Shown here one piece after another: positions 1-10,527 of a stretch of 64,000 bases of DNA. Positions within the stretch are counted from its first letter, which is position 1. Each line of letters starts with the position of its first letter. The stretch is taken from IMG/VR virus record IMGVR_UViG_3300041955_000531; one strand, written 5' to 3'. The stretch is from a virus. The position numbers and the translations under genes are program-made. Under the pieces are notes generated by a model that was not told the origin of the DNA, made no database searches, and worked only from the letters and a program-made list of their open reading frames with translations.

Positions 1-1
1 C

Positions 2-229
2 GCCGGGGCAACGATTTCGTGGTCTGGTGGAAGCACAACTGCGGATAGCTTGGGTAATTTCAACACAGGTCCGCTGGCGAATGGCAGCTACATTATTACT
101 CCGTCTAAAACTGGCTATACCTTCTCGCCCACCAACGCAAGCGAAACGGTCAGCGGCGCGGATATAACGGGCGTCAATTTTACAAGCACAGCATTAAATA
201 GAGTTCAAGTAGTAGTCATAGACTATTAA
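2..229 (+). CDS. 3' end of a virion protein with a carboxypeptidase-regulatory-like (Ig-like) domain; partial
   Basis: Translated by hand; frame 2 is open from the window start to TAA at 227-229: AGATISWSGGSTTADSLGNFNTGPLANGSYIITPSKTGYTFSPTNASETVSGADITGVNFTST. The pattern T-x-D-x-x-G-x-F...G-x-Y-x-I-T-P-x-K-x-G-Y-x-F is typical of this fold. Confidence 0.7.
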   Translation, partial: AGATISWSGGSTTADSLGNFNTGPLANGSYIITPSKTGYTFSPTNASETVSGADITGVNFTSTALNRVQVVVIDY

Positions 230-239
230 TTAGATTACA

Positions 240-3200
240 ATGCTCACACCTATAATCACTATTCAACGTGCCGTTCCTAATCGGGTGGTGCTAAACTGCC
301 AAGGTGAAGGTACGGCTGCTTCGTATCCTTTTGTCAAGCGCTCCTCGGCAGATCAGTGTGATTCCATCATCGTCCAAGCTACCGTGAATGGGACCGTTAC
401 AACTCTGACCTTCAACCTAGAGCTGTCACAAACACAAGGTGCGAGTTGGGTTGCTTTCGCTAGCTGGAATGCACTGACTTATCCCAGCATTGGTTTCTCT
501 GTTGCCGAGAACGTTCTATATCGTTTCAACTGCACAGGCTATGCAGGTACTGGTACCAACTCCGTTGAAGTTGATGCTGCTGTTGCTATTGGCGCGGCCG
601 CCGGACAAACACAAGGCGAAACAGTTGTAGCCAATCAAGGGCTAGCAGGTGCTTCTCCTTGGTTGGTGTCCGTAGCTAATGGTACTGTCACTGCTGTTGT
701 TCCTTCGACTGGGCAGAATAATGTTGCTGCCCCTTCTTATTCCACTTTGATAGGTGTGATCGACAGCGGCGGCAAGTTGCAAGGCGCATCAGCTTCCAAT
801 CCTGTTCGTATAGATCCTACTGGCACTACAATACAGCCTGTAGATGGCACTCTCATTCATAATAGCGGAGTTCCAGGAAGCACTCAGATTGGAGTTCTTT
901 CTGCTATTGCCAATGCTGCCAACCCATCCTTTACAGAAGGTAATCAGGTTCTCCTTTCTACTGACCTGAGTGGTAACCTGCGTGTATTGGGTACTTTCAC
1001 CGGCACGGTTACTGGCAGCCAGAATATCAACCAGTGGGCTGGCACAGCTCTTGGTGTTCCCACTATGTGGGGCACAGCTCCAACAGGTCAGGTTGTTATT
1101 GGTGTCAATGCTGACATTCTAGCAATGCCTGCTGTTACTATTGCGGCAGCGCAGACGATTGCTGTAACCAATGCAGGAACGTTCGCTGTCCAGGATGCGT
1201 CTGCTGAATCTTCTCTCTCCACAGTTGCTGGCGCGGTTTCAGGCGGCAAGATGCAGGTCAATATTGCATCAGGCTTCCCGAACCCAGCTCCGGTCAGCGG
1301 TACAGTTACAGCCAATGCTGGTACTGGTAACTTCACTGTTATCCAAGCAACAGGCACTAATCTTCATACTGTTGTAGATTCAGGAACTGTCAATGTTGGA
1401 ACTGTTACAACTCTGCCCGCTGTCACGATTGGAACTTGGTCGGCAGGAACCCTGACAGTCGGCGGCACAGTAAACGTAGGAACTGTAACAACTCTACCCG
1501 CTATAACAGTTGCTGCTGGACAGACTATCGCTGTTACCAACGCTGGAACATTTGCTGTTCAGGATTCAGCAGCAGAAGCTTCTCTCTCCACTATCGCTGG
1601 TTTTGGGGCCCCTCCGACCGCGGCATCTATTGCAGCAGCCATTGTTTCCAACCCGGCAACCAATCCTCTTCCTACAGCACAAGTCACAACTCTTACTCCT
1701 CCGACAGCAGCAGCCATTGGTGCTGCTGTTGCTGCGCCGTCTGCTGCTGCAATCGCTTCTGCTATAGTTTCCAACCCTCCCACAACATTCAACGGTGTGG
1801 TTAGCGGCACAGTCAGTTTGAGTGCTGGTACAATCAGTGCTATTACGCCTCCCACTGCGGCTGCAATCGGAGCAGCAGTTGCTGCGCCTTCAGCAGCAGC
1901 TATTGCTTCGGCAATCGTAAGCAACCCAGCTACAAATCCGCTTCCAACTGCTCAGGTTACAACCCTAACTCCTCCAACAGCAGCAGCTATCGGTTCAGCA
2001 GTTGCAGCAGCCCTCACCAATCCTCTTCCTGTTCACGATAGTGGGAACGTTGCTATCACAGCAGCCGCACTTCCTCTGCCTGCCAATGCTGCACAAGAGA
2101 CAGGTGGCAATCTCGCTGCCATCGCAGCTTCGATCACCACACCAGCAGACCAGACAGTTTCCAAGGTTGTAGCTGCTCAGCTCTATGCAGATAACGGAGC
2201 GTCTTACGATCATTATATAGATGCTGATGGCGATGTATGTTTGGCTGTTTCAACTATTCAGAATATCACAGCGGATGCCAACAATACTTCTTCGGCTAAT
2301 ATAGCTTCGGCCGCTACATATACAGGTACAGCAACCAACGCTCTTGGTATTGGCGCCATTCAAGTGATGTTGCTTGCTAGCCAGCCTTGCACAGTTTTCA
2401 TTGATCAATCTGGTGATGGTACTAACTATGACGTCACAGATTCTTATACCTATATCCCGGGCAAGCCTTTCGGTATTACAGTTCAATGCGTGGGCAAGAC
2501 TTATCGCGTCCGCGTGACAAACCTTGGTCCGATCACAACCACAACCTTCCGTGTTGAGACTTTCGCTGCTCCACAGATTGAGGCATTGCCTCGTTCTCTG
2601 GATACCAATGGCAACCTGCGCGCCGCAATCAATGGCATCGCAGATAAAGATGGCTTCCCAGTCGTCTCCAACGTTGCTCATACGCTGGCTGTCAATCAGC
2701 CTTATCACGTTGTGGGCACACCATTCGGCGCATCCAATGATACGAACTTCTGGACATTGGCAAATACCGGCACAGGCTCGGCGGCTGGTGTAGCAAACTC
2801 TATTGTAACTCTTACCAGCGGTACTGCTGCATCTGCTTATGGAAAGATTACATCTGTTCGTAGCGGGCGTTATATCCACGGACATCCTCTTTCCTTCGCA
2901 GCCAATGTTCGTTTGACAGCAGTTACAGTTGCCAACACTCTTCGTGGTTGGGGAGCTGTCACTCTTTCAACAGTGGCTCCGCAGAATGGTGTTTACTTCT
3001 CTGTCAATGCGGCCGGCGCTCTAAGTATAAACTATGTCAACGCTACCAGCATTCAAACAGTCACATCAGGCTCTTTCAATGGTGTGATCAATCAGTTTGT
3101 TCTGGATACCAATGTCCATCTGTATGAAATCCAATATTCAGTGACAGGTGCCTACTTCTTCGTAGACAATCTGCTCATTCACTCGGTCACACCGACAACA

Positions 3201-3617
3201 GGTATTCTCTATCAGCTTCCTACATTCCCTATTAGTGCCTGGGCTACAAGTACAGCAGCTAGTACGTCAGCTTCGTTAGAAATATGGGATGCTTCTATTC
3301 TGCGTGAAGGACGAGCAGAAACAGCTCCTAACTTCTTCTTCCAAGCTGGAGCAACTGCTGGTGTTAACTTGAAGGTTGGAGCCGGCGCAGTAAGAAGCGT
3401 TATTATTAGCAATATCACATCTGGATCTGTGGTTACACTTTATGATAACACAGCTGCTAGTGGTACTGTTCTTTGGGCATCAGGTAGTTTGACAACAGGT
3501 CCTGGAACGAATGTTTCAGAGCCTATTACCCTCGAGATGCGGGAAATCCCATTCTTCACAGGTCTGGAGCTGGTAATCGCAACAGCCAACTGTAACGTTC
3601 TTGTGGTCTATGAGTAA
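240..3617 (+). CDS. Large beta-rich virion fibre/decoration protein with internal repeats and a probable lectin-like C-terminal domain
   Basis: 1125-aa ORF, A/T/G/V/S-rich, tandem repeats in the middle, located next to the head genes. Confidence 0.6.
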   Translation: MLTPIITIQRAVPNRVVLNCQGEGTAASYPFVKRSSADQCDSIIVQATVNGTVTTLTFNLELSQTQGASWVAFASWNALTYPSIGFSVAENVLYRFNCTGYAGTGTNSVEVDAAVAIGAAAGQTQGETVVANQGLAGASPWLVSVANGTVTAVVPSTGQNNVAAPSYSTLIGVIDSGGKLQGASASNPVRIDPTGTTIQPVDGTLIHNSGVPGSTQIGVLSAIANAANPSFTEGNQVLLSTDLSGNLRVLGTFTGTVTGSQNINQWAGTALGVPTMWGTAPTGQVVIGVNADILAMPAVTIAAAQTIAVTNAGTFAVQDASAESSLSTVAGAVSGGKMQVNIASGFPNPAPVSGTVTANAGTGNFTVIQATGTNLHTVVDSGTVNVGTVTTLPAVTIGTWSAGTLTVGGTVNVGTVTTLPAITVAAGQTIAVTNAGTFAVQDSAAEASLSTIAGFGAPPTAASIAAAIVSNPATNPLPTAQVTTLTPPTAAAIGAAVAAPSAAAIASAIVSNPPTTFNGVVSGTVSLSAGTISAITPPTAAAIGAAVAAPSAAAIASAIVSNPATNPLPTAQVTTLTPPTAAAIGSAVAAALTNPLPVHDSGNVAITAAALPLPANAAQETGGNLAAIAASITTPADQTVSKVVAAQLYADNGASYDHYIDADGDVCLAVSTIQNITADANNTSSANIASAATYTGTATNALGIGAIQVMLLASQPCTVFIDQSGDGTNYDVTDSYTYIPGKPFGITVQCVGKTYRVRVTNLGPITTTTFRVETFAAPQIEALPRSLDTNGNLRAAINGIADKDGFPVVSNVAHTLAVNQPYHVVGTPFGASNDTNFWTLANTGTGSAAGVANSIVTLTSGTAASAYGKITSVRSGRYIHGHPLSFAANVRLTAVTVANTLRGWGAVTLSTVAPQNGVYFSVNAAGALSINYVNATSIQTVTSGSFNGVINQFVLDTNVHLYEIQYSVTGAYFFVDNLLIHSVTPTTGILYQLPTFPISAWATSTAASTSASLEIWDASILREGRAETAPNFFFQAGATAGVNLKVGAGAVRSVIISNITSGSVVTLYDNTAASGTVLWASGSLTTGPGTNVSEPITLEMREIPFFTGLELVIATANCNVLVVYE
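1125..2030 (+). repeat. Intragenic protein-level repeats
   Basis: QTIAVTNAGTFAVQD twice; GTVNVGTVTTLPA twice; SNPATNPLPTAQVTTLTPPTAAAIG twice; AVAAPSAAAIASAIVSNP twice. The DNA copies differ at synonymous sites. Boundaries approximate. Confidence 0.85.
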
Positions 3618-3620
3618 ACT

Positions 3621-3830
3621 ATGATCGAGATCATCGCAATCATAATCAGTGTTGTCAGCTTGGGTCTGTCGACCTATGCGGTGATCCATAAACCTAAGGT
3701 GGTAGCCCAGGCCCAGGTGGTTTTGGCTGCTACCCAAAGGGCAACGGTTTGCAGTAAGTGTGGACGTAAGGTAGTAAGATATGAGACCCAAAAGGATGGG
3801 TCGGCTATCTGTGCCAACTGCCCTAAGTAA
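3621..3830 (+). CDS. Small membrane-anchored zinc-ribbon protein
   Basis: N-terminal hydrophobic helix (IEIIAIIISVVSLGLSTYAVI), then CSKC...CANC. Confidence 0.65.
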   Translation: MIEIIAIIISVVSLGLSTYAVIHKPKVVAQAQVVLAATQRATVCSKCGRKVVRYETQKDGSAICANCPK

Positions 3831-3832
3831 GT

Positions 3833-3861
3833 TTGGCTAGATCCTGAGTTTATGGTATATT
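3833..3861 (+). promoter_or_regulatory. Sigma70-like promoter with extended -10
   Basis: TTGGCT (3833-3838), 17-nt spacer, TGn-TATATT (3856-3861); AGGAGG RBS before the ATG at 3885. Confidence 0.5.
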
Positions 3862-3884
3862 CTAAGAATCCCTAGGAGGATACA

Positions 3885-4214
3885 ATGAAGAAAGATAAGG
3901 TCACCCCGATTAGCAGTGCGAAGCCCGTTGAGACTGCTCCCGCCATAAAGCCGCTAGATGCTCATGAAAGCGCCATGCTTCAGCATCTTGTGCGTAAGCA
4001 AGAATACGCCAAGGCCCAGGCTCAGCTTATTGTCGATCAGGCTTCGAAGGAAGTATCGGATTTCGTAATCTCCGTTCTTAAGGACCGCGGTCTGTCGCAT
4101 ACCGAGTACGGTATTGCTCTCGCGGACTATAAGACGATCAATAAGCTTGAGAAGCCAGCTGTCCCAGCACCTGCCCCAGTTCCCCAGGCTGCCCCAGCGC
4201 CCGCTCAACCTTAA
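3885..4214 (+). CDS. Hypothetical protein (helical, Pro/Ala-rich tail)
   Basis: 109-aa ORF with a strong RBS, immediately upstream of the terminase. Confidence 0.75.
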   Translation: MKKDKVTPISSAKPVETAPAIKPLDAHESAMLQHLVRKQEYAKAQAQLIVDQASKEVSDFVISVLKDRGLSHTEYGIALADYKTINKLEKPAVPAPAPVPQAAPAPAQP

Positions 4215-4223
4215 TCAGGGCAA

Positions 4224-6287
4224 ATGAACCGCGATGAGTTCCTACTCCCGGTCGTAAAGCGTAACACACGACCGGACGGAAAGACCACTGCACCGGATAT
4301 CCTCCGGCGTATGGACAATCCTGTTTGTAGAGCTTGTCACGAGAAATACCAAGAGAAGTATCCTGGTAAGCCTTTCAGCATCATCTGTCAGGGTATCTAT
4401 ACTGAAGAAGATGTCAAGAAGACATGCGACCGTAATCCCGAGTTTAAGGAAGAGGATGTCCGTGACATCCTCGATCCTATTCATTGGGCTAAGAAGCATA
4501 TCCATGTAATCGATGATAAAGGTACGATCACGCCATTCACTCCGCGCGACTACCAGGAGCCTGTGCTCGCTTGCTCGGCCCGCTACAAAATCGACCGCAT
4601 GGGTCGTGGTATGGGTAAAACCCTCCTGGGTGTTATCGAGGAACTACACAAGATAACTACCCATAAGAACTACGAGCTACTGATCTTGTGTCCTGCGAAA
4701 GCACAAGCTCAGAAGTGGTTCGATGATATTCAGGGACAGTGCGATAATGATGCTGAGCTTGCCGAATGTATCAAGGGCAGAAAGCAGCAGCCTTATTATG
4801 AGATCTCATTCCGTAATGGTTCTAAGATCTCCATCTTCACTGCTGGTTCATCTTCTGGTCGCGGCGCCAATGTCATCCGTTCGCAATCACCGCGCCGTAT
4901 CAGACTGGAAGAGCAAGACCTGCTGACCGAAGCGGACTATGGGGCTGTAACGCCTCTCTTACGCCGCTATCGTAATACCGAGTTCCACGGCGCTTCAACG
5001 CCGACAGGAATGCGTTCTACATACTGGCAGATGTGCGTCCAGGATCCGACGTATCGTGAGTTCTATGCTCCGATCACGATGCATCCTGACTTCGATCAGG
5101 ATTATGAAGACGCGTGCAGACGTGAGGCAAGAACTGATGATGTGTTCCGTCATGAGTTCATGGCTGAGTTCGGAGACCTGAAGCAAGGTGTCTTCAAGTC
5201 CTTCTACGTAGATCGCGCCCGCACGAACTACAACTACAAGCAGTGCCGTCAACTGGGTGGTAAGTCTTATTACATGGGCGTGGATTGGAATGGTCAGGGA
5301 ACAGGTACTCGCATTCGTATAGTCGAGTATGATCCTGTATCCAAGATTCGCAAGATGGTAGAATCTGCTGTTGTGGATGGACCGCAGACCACTACGCAAG
5401 ATAGCCTTGATAAGATCAAGGACATGAATAAGTATTGGCACTGTGAAGGTGTTTATATTGACCGTGGGTTCGGTAATGTCCAGGATGAGATGCTTCGCCT
5501 TATGGGCAAGAATGCAACTGATCCTGACACCAAGCGCTTGATGGAAGTCAAGGTCATTGACTTCGGCGCCGAGATGGTGACTAACAAGCTTGTTCCCAAC
5601 CGCGGGAACTCTAAGTATATTGATAAGGAAGAAGAGAAGAGACGTACCAAGCCTTTCATGGTTGAAGGCGCGGTTATGTGTTTGGAAGGCGGGCTCTTTC
5701 AGTATTCTGATGCGGATAACATTCTGGATGCCCAGCTGCGCGCGTACAGAGTAAAGACTTGGTCTCAGCATGGCTTTGCCAATACCTATGAGTGCGGCAA
5801 AGAAGGAGACCATGATCTTGATGCTACAATGCTGGCGCTGCTCGGCGTCGAACTAAAGTACGGTATTACAGCCATACCAGCCCAACAGCGTATCGCACAT
5901 ATTGCTCATGGCACATTAGGTGGAGGACCAAGTGATCCGGTTAGAGACGCTCAGAAAGCAGCTGAGGCTCGTCAACGTGCTGAAGAGTCCTCTAAAGTAC
6001 CTTCGCGTCAGATGCCAGATAAGGAAACTGGTACAGAACCCAAGGTCGTTCTTCCTGGGCAGTTTAGTCATATCGTAATACCAGGTAAGGCTAAAGCTGC
6101 TAGCCAACGAGTTCCAAGTAGAACTTCTGCCTTTCGTCCACCCGGGCAGAATAGCAGAGTGCCATCGCGATCGCAGCCGAATACTTTACAAGGTCAGTAT
6201 CAAAGACCTCAGGGTAATCCTTTCGATAATCCTTTTATAGCTCCTCGCCGAGGTGGTAAGCCAAATGTCGGACCAGGTTCAGAGTAA
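4224..6287 (+). CDS. terL: Terminase large subunit
   Basis: PRDYQ adenine-binding motif, Walker A GRGMGKT, Walker B-like IRLEE, motif III ASTP, RNase H-like nuclease motifs YMGVDWN, DRGFG and DHDLDA. Confidence 0.93.
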   Translation: MNRDEFLLPVVKRNTRPDGKTTAPDILRRMDNPVCRACHEKYQEKYPGKPFSIICQGIYTEEDVKKTCDRNPEFKEEDVRDILDPIHWAKKHIHVIDDKGTITPFTPRDYQEPVLACSARYKIDRMGRGMGKTLLGVIEELHKITTHKNYELLILCPAKAQAQKWFDDIQGQCDNDAELAECIKGRKQQPYYEISFRNGSKISIFTAGSSSGRGANVIRSQSPRRIRLEEQDLLTEADYGAVTPLLRRYRNTEFHGASTPTGMRSTYWQMCVQDPTYREFYAPITMHPDFDQDYEDACRREARTDDVFRHEFMAEFGDLKQGVFKSFYVDRARTNYNYKQCRQLGGKSYYMGVDWNGQGTGTRIRIVEYDPVSKIRKMVESAVVDGPQTTTQDSLDKIKDMNKYWHCEGVYIDRGFGNVQDEMLRLMGKNATDPDTKRLMEVKVIDFGAEMVTNKLVPNRGNSKYIDKEEEKRRTKPFMVEGAVMCLEGGLFQYSDADNILDAQLRAYRVKTWSQHGFANTYECGKEGDHDLDATMLALLGVELKYGITAIPAQQRIAHIAHGTLGGGPSDPVRDAQKAAEARQRAEESSKVPSRQMPDKETGTEPKVVLPGQFSHIVIPGKAKAASQRVPSRTSAFRPPGQNSRVPSRSQPNTLQGQYQRPQGNPFDNPFIAPRRGGKPNVGPGSE

Positions 6288-6681
6288 TCTTGCCAGTGGT
6301 ATACTGGACCAGTTCCATGTCTCTCTAGGTCTGAATCTACAGACCAAGCTGCAGGATTGGCCTGGGCGCCAGAGCCTGCAATACGGATCCATGAAGGGCT
6401 TGATGAATCAAGACTGGCACAGTCTATCAGACTTCAAGTTCCAGATGAATCTGTATTCATCCTCAAGCCATACATTGCGTATCGCCTGGAGCTTAATCAA
6501 GAACTTAGTTTTGAACAATGCGAAGATGTTAGCTTCATTGATTCATCTCCCTGCATTCGGCAACGTGCCACTTGGGAGCCAGGTATTATCCTTGGTAGGT
6601 ATTCAGAATGTCCTGGTTGCACCACAGAACATACTTACTAGCCAGGCATCTTTCAATAGTACGATCAAGTCGGTAACCTAA
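6265..6681 (+). CDS. Hypothetical protein
   Basis: Part of ORF 6253-6681; the ATG at 6265 follows GAGGTGG and overlaps the end of terL. Confidence 0.6.
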   Translation: MSDQVQSNLASGILDQFHVSLGLNLQTKLQDWPGRQSLQYGSMKGLMNQDWHSLSDFKFQMNLYSSSSHTLRIAWSLIKNLVLNNAKMLASLIHLPAFGNVPLGSQVLSLVGIQNVLVAPQNILTSQASFNSTIKSVT

Positions 6682-6682
6682 C

Positions 6683-8302
6683 GTGTCCTTCAAGCCGATC
6701 AAGTTTAGTTACACTCCGCCTCCGACAATCCCTCCAATGAGTGTGCTCTCGCCGAGCACGAACCCAGTAGGGACTTCGGTAACTACTTCCAGTGCTTTTG
6801 GAAGTAGCGCTGCTGCCAACAGCAATGCGGCCGCATTAGTGACTCGACTGTCGGATCTGAATGATACAGCGGTGTACCTACAACAAGCGATCCTGTCATT
6901 AGTTCAGGGCCTGGGAGTTACGTTTGATCTAGCATCGAATCCAGATCTGGCTCGAGCGCTATCCCGTATATACAATGTGACGGATGCTCCAACAGCAATG
7001 GATATGACGATGTATACCGAGCTGTTGCAGACCGATATCAACTTCCTGAGATTCGATCTGCTGAACTCACCAGATTCTGCTGTGCAGATTCAGCCGTTGC
7101 AGCGCGCGGATGTGAGTCTGGCTAGTAAGGCTTTTGAGAGTGCCCTAATCAGTACTGGGCAGTATAACCAAACTCTCCCTATACTGCTTCGTTCATTGCA
7201 GGGTGATCAGGTAGTCTTCGATTCTTTGATGAACACCCTGACGAACTATCCTATTCTGTCGGTGCCGCAGTTGACGCCGGCACAGTTAGCTACCACTCAG
7301 AATCCATCAGGTTCTTCCGATCGTGATCTGAATGGTGCTTCGGTTGATGTCAGTAATAGTTTGTCGGAGCAACTAAATGGAGTACTGGATCAGTGGCAAC
7401 AAAGTTATGCGGGGATCTACCAGGTGGTGGCTTCCCCCGATCCAACTGAAACGTCGTTACCGTCTGTCGTGGCTGCGTTATCTACTCAGCCAACCTCGGA
7501 CCTTAATAGGATGATCGCAATGTTGCAGAACCTGGTTGCTTTCCAGCACCAGCCTGCAATAAAGAGTGCCCACGATAGCGTTGACAATCAGCTTCTTCCG
7601 AGACTGCTCAGTGATGTGGGGTCTACTGCTGGTGACCTTGATTATCTAAATCAGGTGGCCGTAGGGCCAGCAGCCAGCTTTGGTGGTTCTATAGGAACGT
7701 TGCAATCTGCTATGGCTTCGTTCAATATTGGTAGTATACTGAATGTAGGTATAACTGGTTCGGTGTCCGTGGCAGCTGGCGGATATAGTCCTCCTCCAAT
7801 CACCGCGGCACAGCAACAAACATTAGATGGGATACCAGAAGGTCTGCAGATACTGAGCGCCAATCTGTCCTGGTCGCAAACAGCATCAACTAGACAGTCG
7901 GCAACCATCTCAGCTTCCATTCAGCGCTTGAGCTTGCGCAAGCTGACGAATCAGGGTAATACAACCGAGTTCTTGACCAGCCTGAAATCATTGAGTTCTT
8001 CGCTGGGTATCATTCAGTCGATCGTGAAGTCGGGCGCCAATAATCCAACAGCTGTAGGTAACACTACCAGCCTGAATACAAATGCGGTGACTCCTAATGT
8101 CGGACTCCAATCATTCGGAACGCTTGTTAGCAGCTTATCATCGCAAAGCGGGTCGTCGTATGCTGTGGACGGGAACACCCTTGTTGTTACACCCCCTGCT
8201 ATACCTACAGCTCCGACGAATGTTCAAGCAGTACTTCAATCGGGTGGTGTTAAGCAAATAACTACCCAGCAACTACGTGTTCCGATTAATCTGTCTGTAT
8301 AA
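6683..8302 (+). CDS. Hypothetical, probably virion, protein
   Basis: 539-aa S/T/Q/L-rich ORF between terminase and portal; GTG start 1 nt after the upstream stop. Confidence 0.7.
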   Translation: MSFKPIKFSYTPPPTIPPMSVLSPSTNPVGTSVTTSSAFGSSAAANSNAAALVTRLSDLNDTAVYLQQAILSLVQGLGVTFDLASNPDLARALSRIYNVTDAPTAMDMTMYTELLQTDINFLRFDLLNSPDSAVQIQPLQRADVSLASKAFESALISTGQYNQTLPILLRSLQGDQVVFDSLMNTLTNYPILSVPQLTPAQLATTQNPSGSSDRDLNGASVDVSNSLSEQLNGVLDQWQQSYAGIYQVVASPDPTETSLPSVVAALSTQPTSDLNRMIAMLQNLVAFQHQPAIKSAHDSVDNQLLPRLLSDVGSTAGDLDYLNQVAVGPAASFGGSIGTLQSAMASFNIGSILNVGITGSVSVAAGGYSPPPITAAQQQTLDGIPEGLQILSANLSWSQTASTRQSATISASIQRLSLRKLTNQGNTTEFLTSLKSLSSSLGIIQSIVKSGANNPTAVGNTTSLNTNAVTPNVGLQSFGTLVSSLSSQSGSSYAVDGNTLVVTPPAIPTAPTNVQAVLQSGGVKQITTQQLRVPINLSV

Positions 8303-8310
8303 GGTGCGAT

Positions 8311-10527
8311 ATGCCTAAGGCTAAGAAGATAACCAAACCTGTTGAAGAGCCTCTCATCACTCTACAAGAGCAGAAGGCTCTCAATCTGCAACTGCGTATC
8401 GATAATCTCGAGCGTAAGAAGAGAGGACAGCTCTACGGCAAGTCTTTCGCTGTTGTAGATATGAAGAAGAGCAAGAAGAATCTTGATCCGATCGTGCTTG
8501 GTCTAGGTGATCGTAGTCAACACAGCATCCATCAGCTTACTGTGCCCGAACGAATCCGTGGCGCATATGAACTCTTCAAGAGTTGCTCCCCTATGGAATC
8601 CCGCACGAAGGATCCTTTCACATGGAAGGATAGAGATGAAGAGAAAGCTTCATTCGATCGCGTGCTAAGACTCCTTGACGCCGCACCGAGTTCTGAAGAC
8701 CTGCCACAGCTCGAGAAGAAGATCCGCAAAAAGATCGAGCAAGAGAAGGACTACCTCAACAGCTATTACGGCCATTATGGTACGATTCTGCCCGAGTACG
8801 ATCAATATGAACCATTCACAATGATCGATACCGAAGCATACCTCATGCAGGCCACAAAGCGCAAGCACTCTCTGATGTTCCGCCAGGGCTTCAAGATTGA
8901 AGGTATGAGTTCGCGCTTCACCAAGTACGTTAATAGCCGCATCAATCAGATTGGCTACATGATGGGAATGACTCCTGAGAACTTTATCAAGGATATTCTC
9001 TACAACCTGCTTATTATCTCGAACTGCTTCTTGCTGAAGATACGCGATGAGGAAGCTTCAGGTGGCGAGGCTAATGAGAAGAATGATGATAGAACTCCTG
9101 TAGCTGCTTATATGATTCTGCCTCCACACTCTATCTTCCCGTTCGTCAATCAGAAAGGTGAGATTATCAAGTGGCGCCGTTACTACGGCAGCGCGCGCAA
9201 GTACAAGGATTACAAGTTGGAAGACGTTGTCCATTTCAGATGGGACGTCAAGCCAGGACATGTTTATGGAACCCCGCGTACCGTATCCGTGCGAGACGAT
9301 ATTTTTGCTCTCCGCCGTCTTGAAGAAAATGTGGAAATGCTCCTCATTAACCACCTTTTCCCACTGTTTCATGTTAAGGTCGGTTCAGAGGATGCACCCG
9401 CTACCATGTTGGTTGACGGGATCACAGAAGTCGACCTTATCAAGGCAGAGCTTGAGAATATGCCTAAAGAAGGCGTATTCATCACTGACGAACGTGTCTC
9501 CGTAGACGTCGTTGGTATCAAGGGAGAAGCTCCAGATCCTTCCGAGATCATGAAGCACTACAAGGCTCGTATCTTTACTGGCCTGGGTGTGTCACCTATT
9601 GATATGGGTGAGACCGATACAGGCAACCGAGCTACAGCTGAGAACGTCTCTCAGAACTTGAAGGATTCGGTTAAGTCCGACCTCAACTGGTTCTGCGGTC
9701 AGTTCAAGATGTTCATATTCAAGGAGCTGTTCGAGGAGAATCCAACTAAGCTCTCCGTTCAGAATGCTCTTGCTGATGTGGACCTTGTCTTCCCAGACGT
9801 CGACGTTGATGGTCACATCAAGTGGCAGAATCACGTTATTGAAATGTTCAACAACCACTTACTCAATGAAGACGAAGCCCGTCGTGAACTGCAGCGTATA
9901 CCTTATACTAAGAAGGATGCTAAGCTCACCCACTATGAGTTGCATGTCAAGGATTTGCAGAACTCTGGTATCGAGTTGAAGAATAAGGGCATGATTGAAG
10001 CCATGGCTGTCCGCGGTGAAGTAGCTGCCGCGGAAACGGCTGGTGGTAAGAAAGGACCTAGCAAGGCCAGCAAGAGTGCTAAGTCCGTTGCTAACAAGAA
10101 TCGCCCAGCAAATCAATATGGACGCAACTTGGATCCACATTCCGCTCGCTCATCCATGGATCCAAACCTCCTATATGACAAGCTACTCGCTGAAATGGAC
10201 CGTCTGAAGGCAGAGGGTACTTTCGCGGCTGCTACCTGGGGAAAGGCTTCAGCTGCCGTAATCGATAAGTACGTCGAGACTTGCCTACGTGACGAGGCTG
10301 GGATTTACTATACTAATCAGGATCGAATGACGCTAGATACCTTCCGCCAGTTGGCGAAAGACCGAGTCGCTCAGACTACGGACCCCGACATTATGTCGGT
10401 CCTACTCACCGATCTTGTTTCAACCTACTTCGAGGAAATACATGCCGAAGAATCAACCGAAAGTAGCCCCGACCCGGGACCAGAAGCAGAGCATGATGAA
10501 CGGTCCTCTGGACAAGGTGATGAATAA
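8311..10527 (+). CDS. Portal protein
   Basis: 738 aa between terminase and protease. Portal-like segments DVVHFRWD...YGTP, IFTGLGVSPIDMG...NRATA and LLNEDEARRELQ. Confidence 0.88.
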   Translation: MPKAKKITKPVEEPLITLQEQKALNLQLRIDNLERKKRGQLYGKSFAVVDMKKSKKNLDPIVLGLGDRSQHSIHQLTVPERIRGAYELFKSCSPMESRTKDPFTWKDRDEEKASFDRVLRLLDAAPSSEDLPQLEKKIRKKIEQEKDYLNSYYGHYGTILPEYDQYEPFTMIDTEAYLMQATKRKHSLMFRQGFKIEGMSSRFTKYVNSRINQIGYMMGMTPENFIKDILYNLLIISNCFLLKIRDEEASGGEANEKNDDRTPVAAYMILPPHSIFPFVNQKGEIIKWRRYYGSARKYKDYKLEDVVHFRWDVKPGHVYGTPRTVSVRDDIFALRRLEENVEMLLINHLFPLFHVKVGSEDAPATMLVDGITEVDLIKAELENMPKEGVFITDERVSVDVVGIKGEAPDPSEIMKHYKARIFTGLGVSPIDMGETDTGNRATAENVSQNLKDSVKSDLNWFCGQFKMFIFKELFEENPTKLSVQNALADVDLVFPDVDVDGHIKWQNHVIEMFNNHLLNEDEARRELQRIPYTKKDAKLTHYELHVKDLQNSGIELKNKGMIEAMAVRGEVAAAETAGGKKGPSKASKSAKSVANKNRPANQYGRNLDPHSARSSMDPNLLYDKLLAEMDRLKAEGTFAAATWGKASAAVIDKYVETCLRDEAGIYYTNQDRMTLDTFRQLAKDRVAQTTDPDIMSVLLTDLVSTYFEEIHAEESTESSPDPGPEAEHDERSSGQGDE
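10309..10320 (+). promoter_or_regulatory. Putative phage promoter motif TATACTAATCAG, copy 1
   Basis: The same 12-mer occurs at 27434 and 51306. This copy is in the 3' end of portal, upstream of the protease and capsid genes. Confidence 0.55.

Noticed and set aside
1125-2030. CRISPR array or diversity-generating retroelement repeats
   Set aside because: The repeats are in-frame protein repeats with synonymous divergence; no spacers, no adenine-specific variation and no reverse transcriptase in the window.
3885-4214. Terminase small subunit
   Set aside because: The position fits, but no helix-turn-helix or other TerS feature is recognisable; left as hypothetical.
6297-6312. Further TATACT hits (6300, ~7735, ~32521) as copies of the promoter motif
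   Set aside because: They lack the downstream A(A/G)TCAG, and a 6-mer alone is expected by chance.
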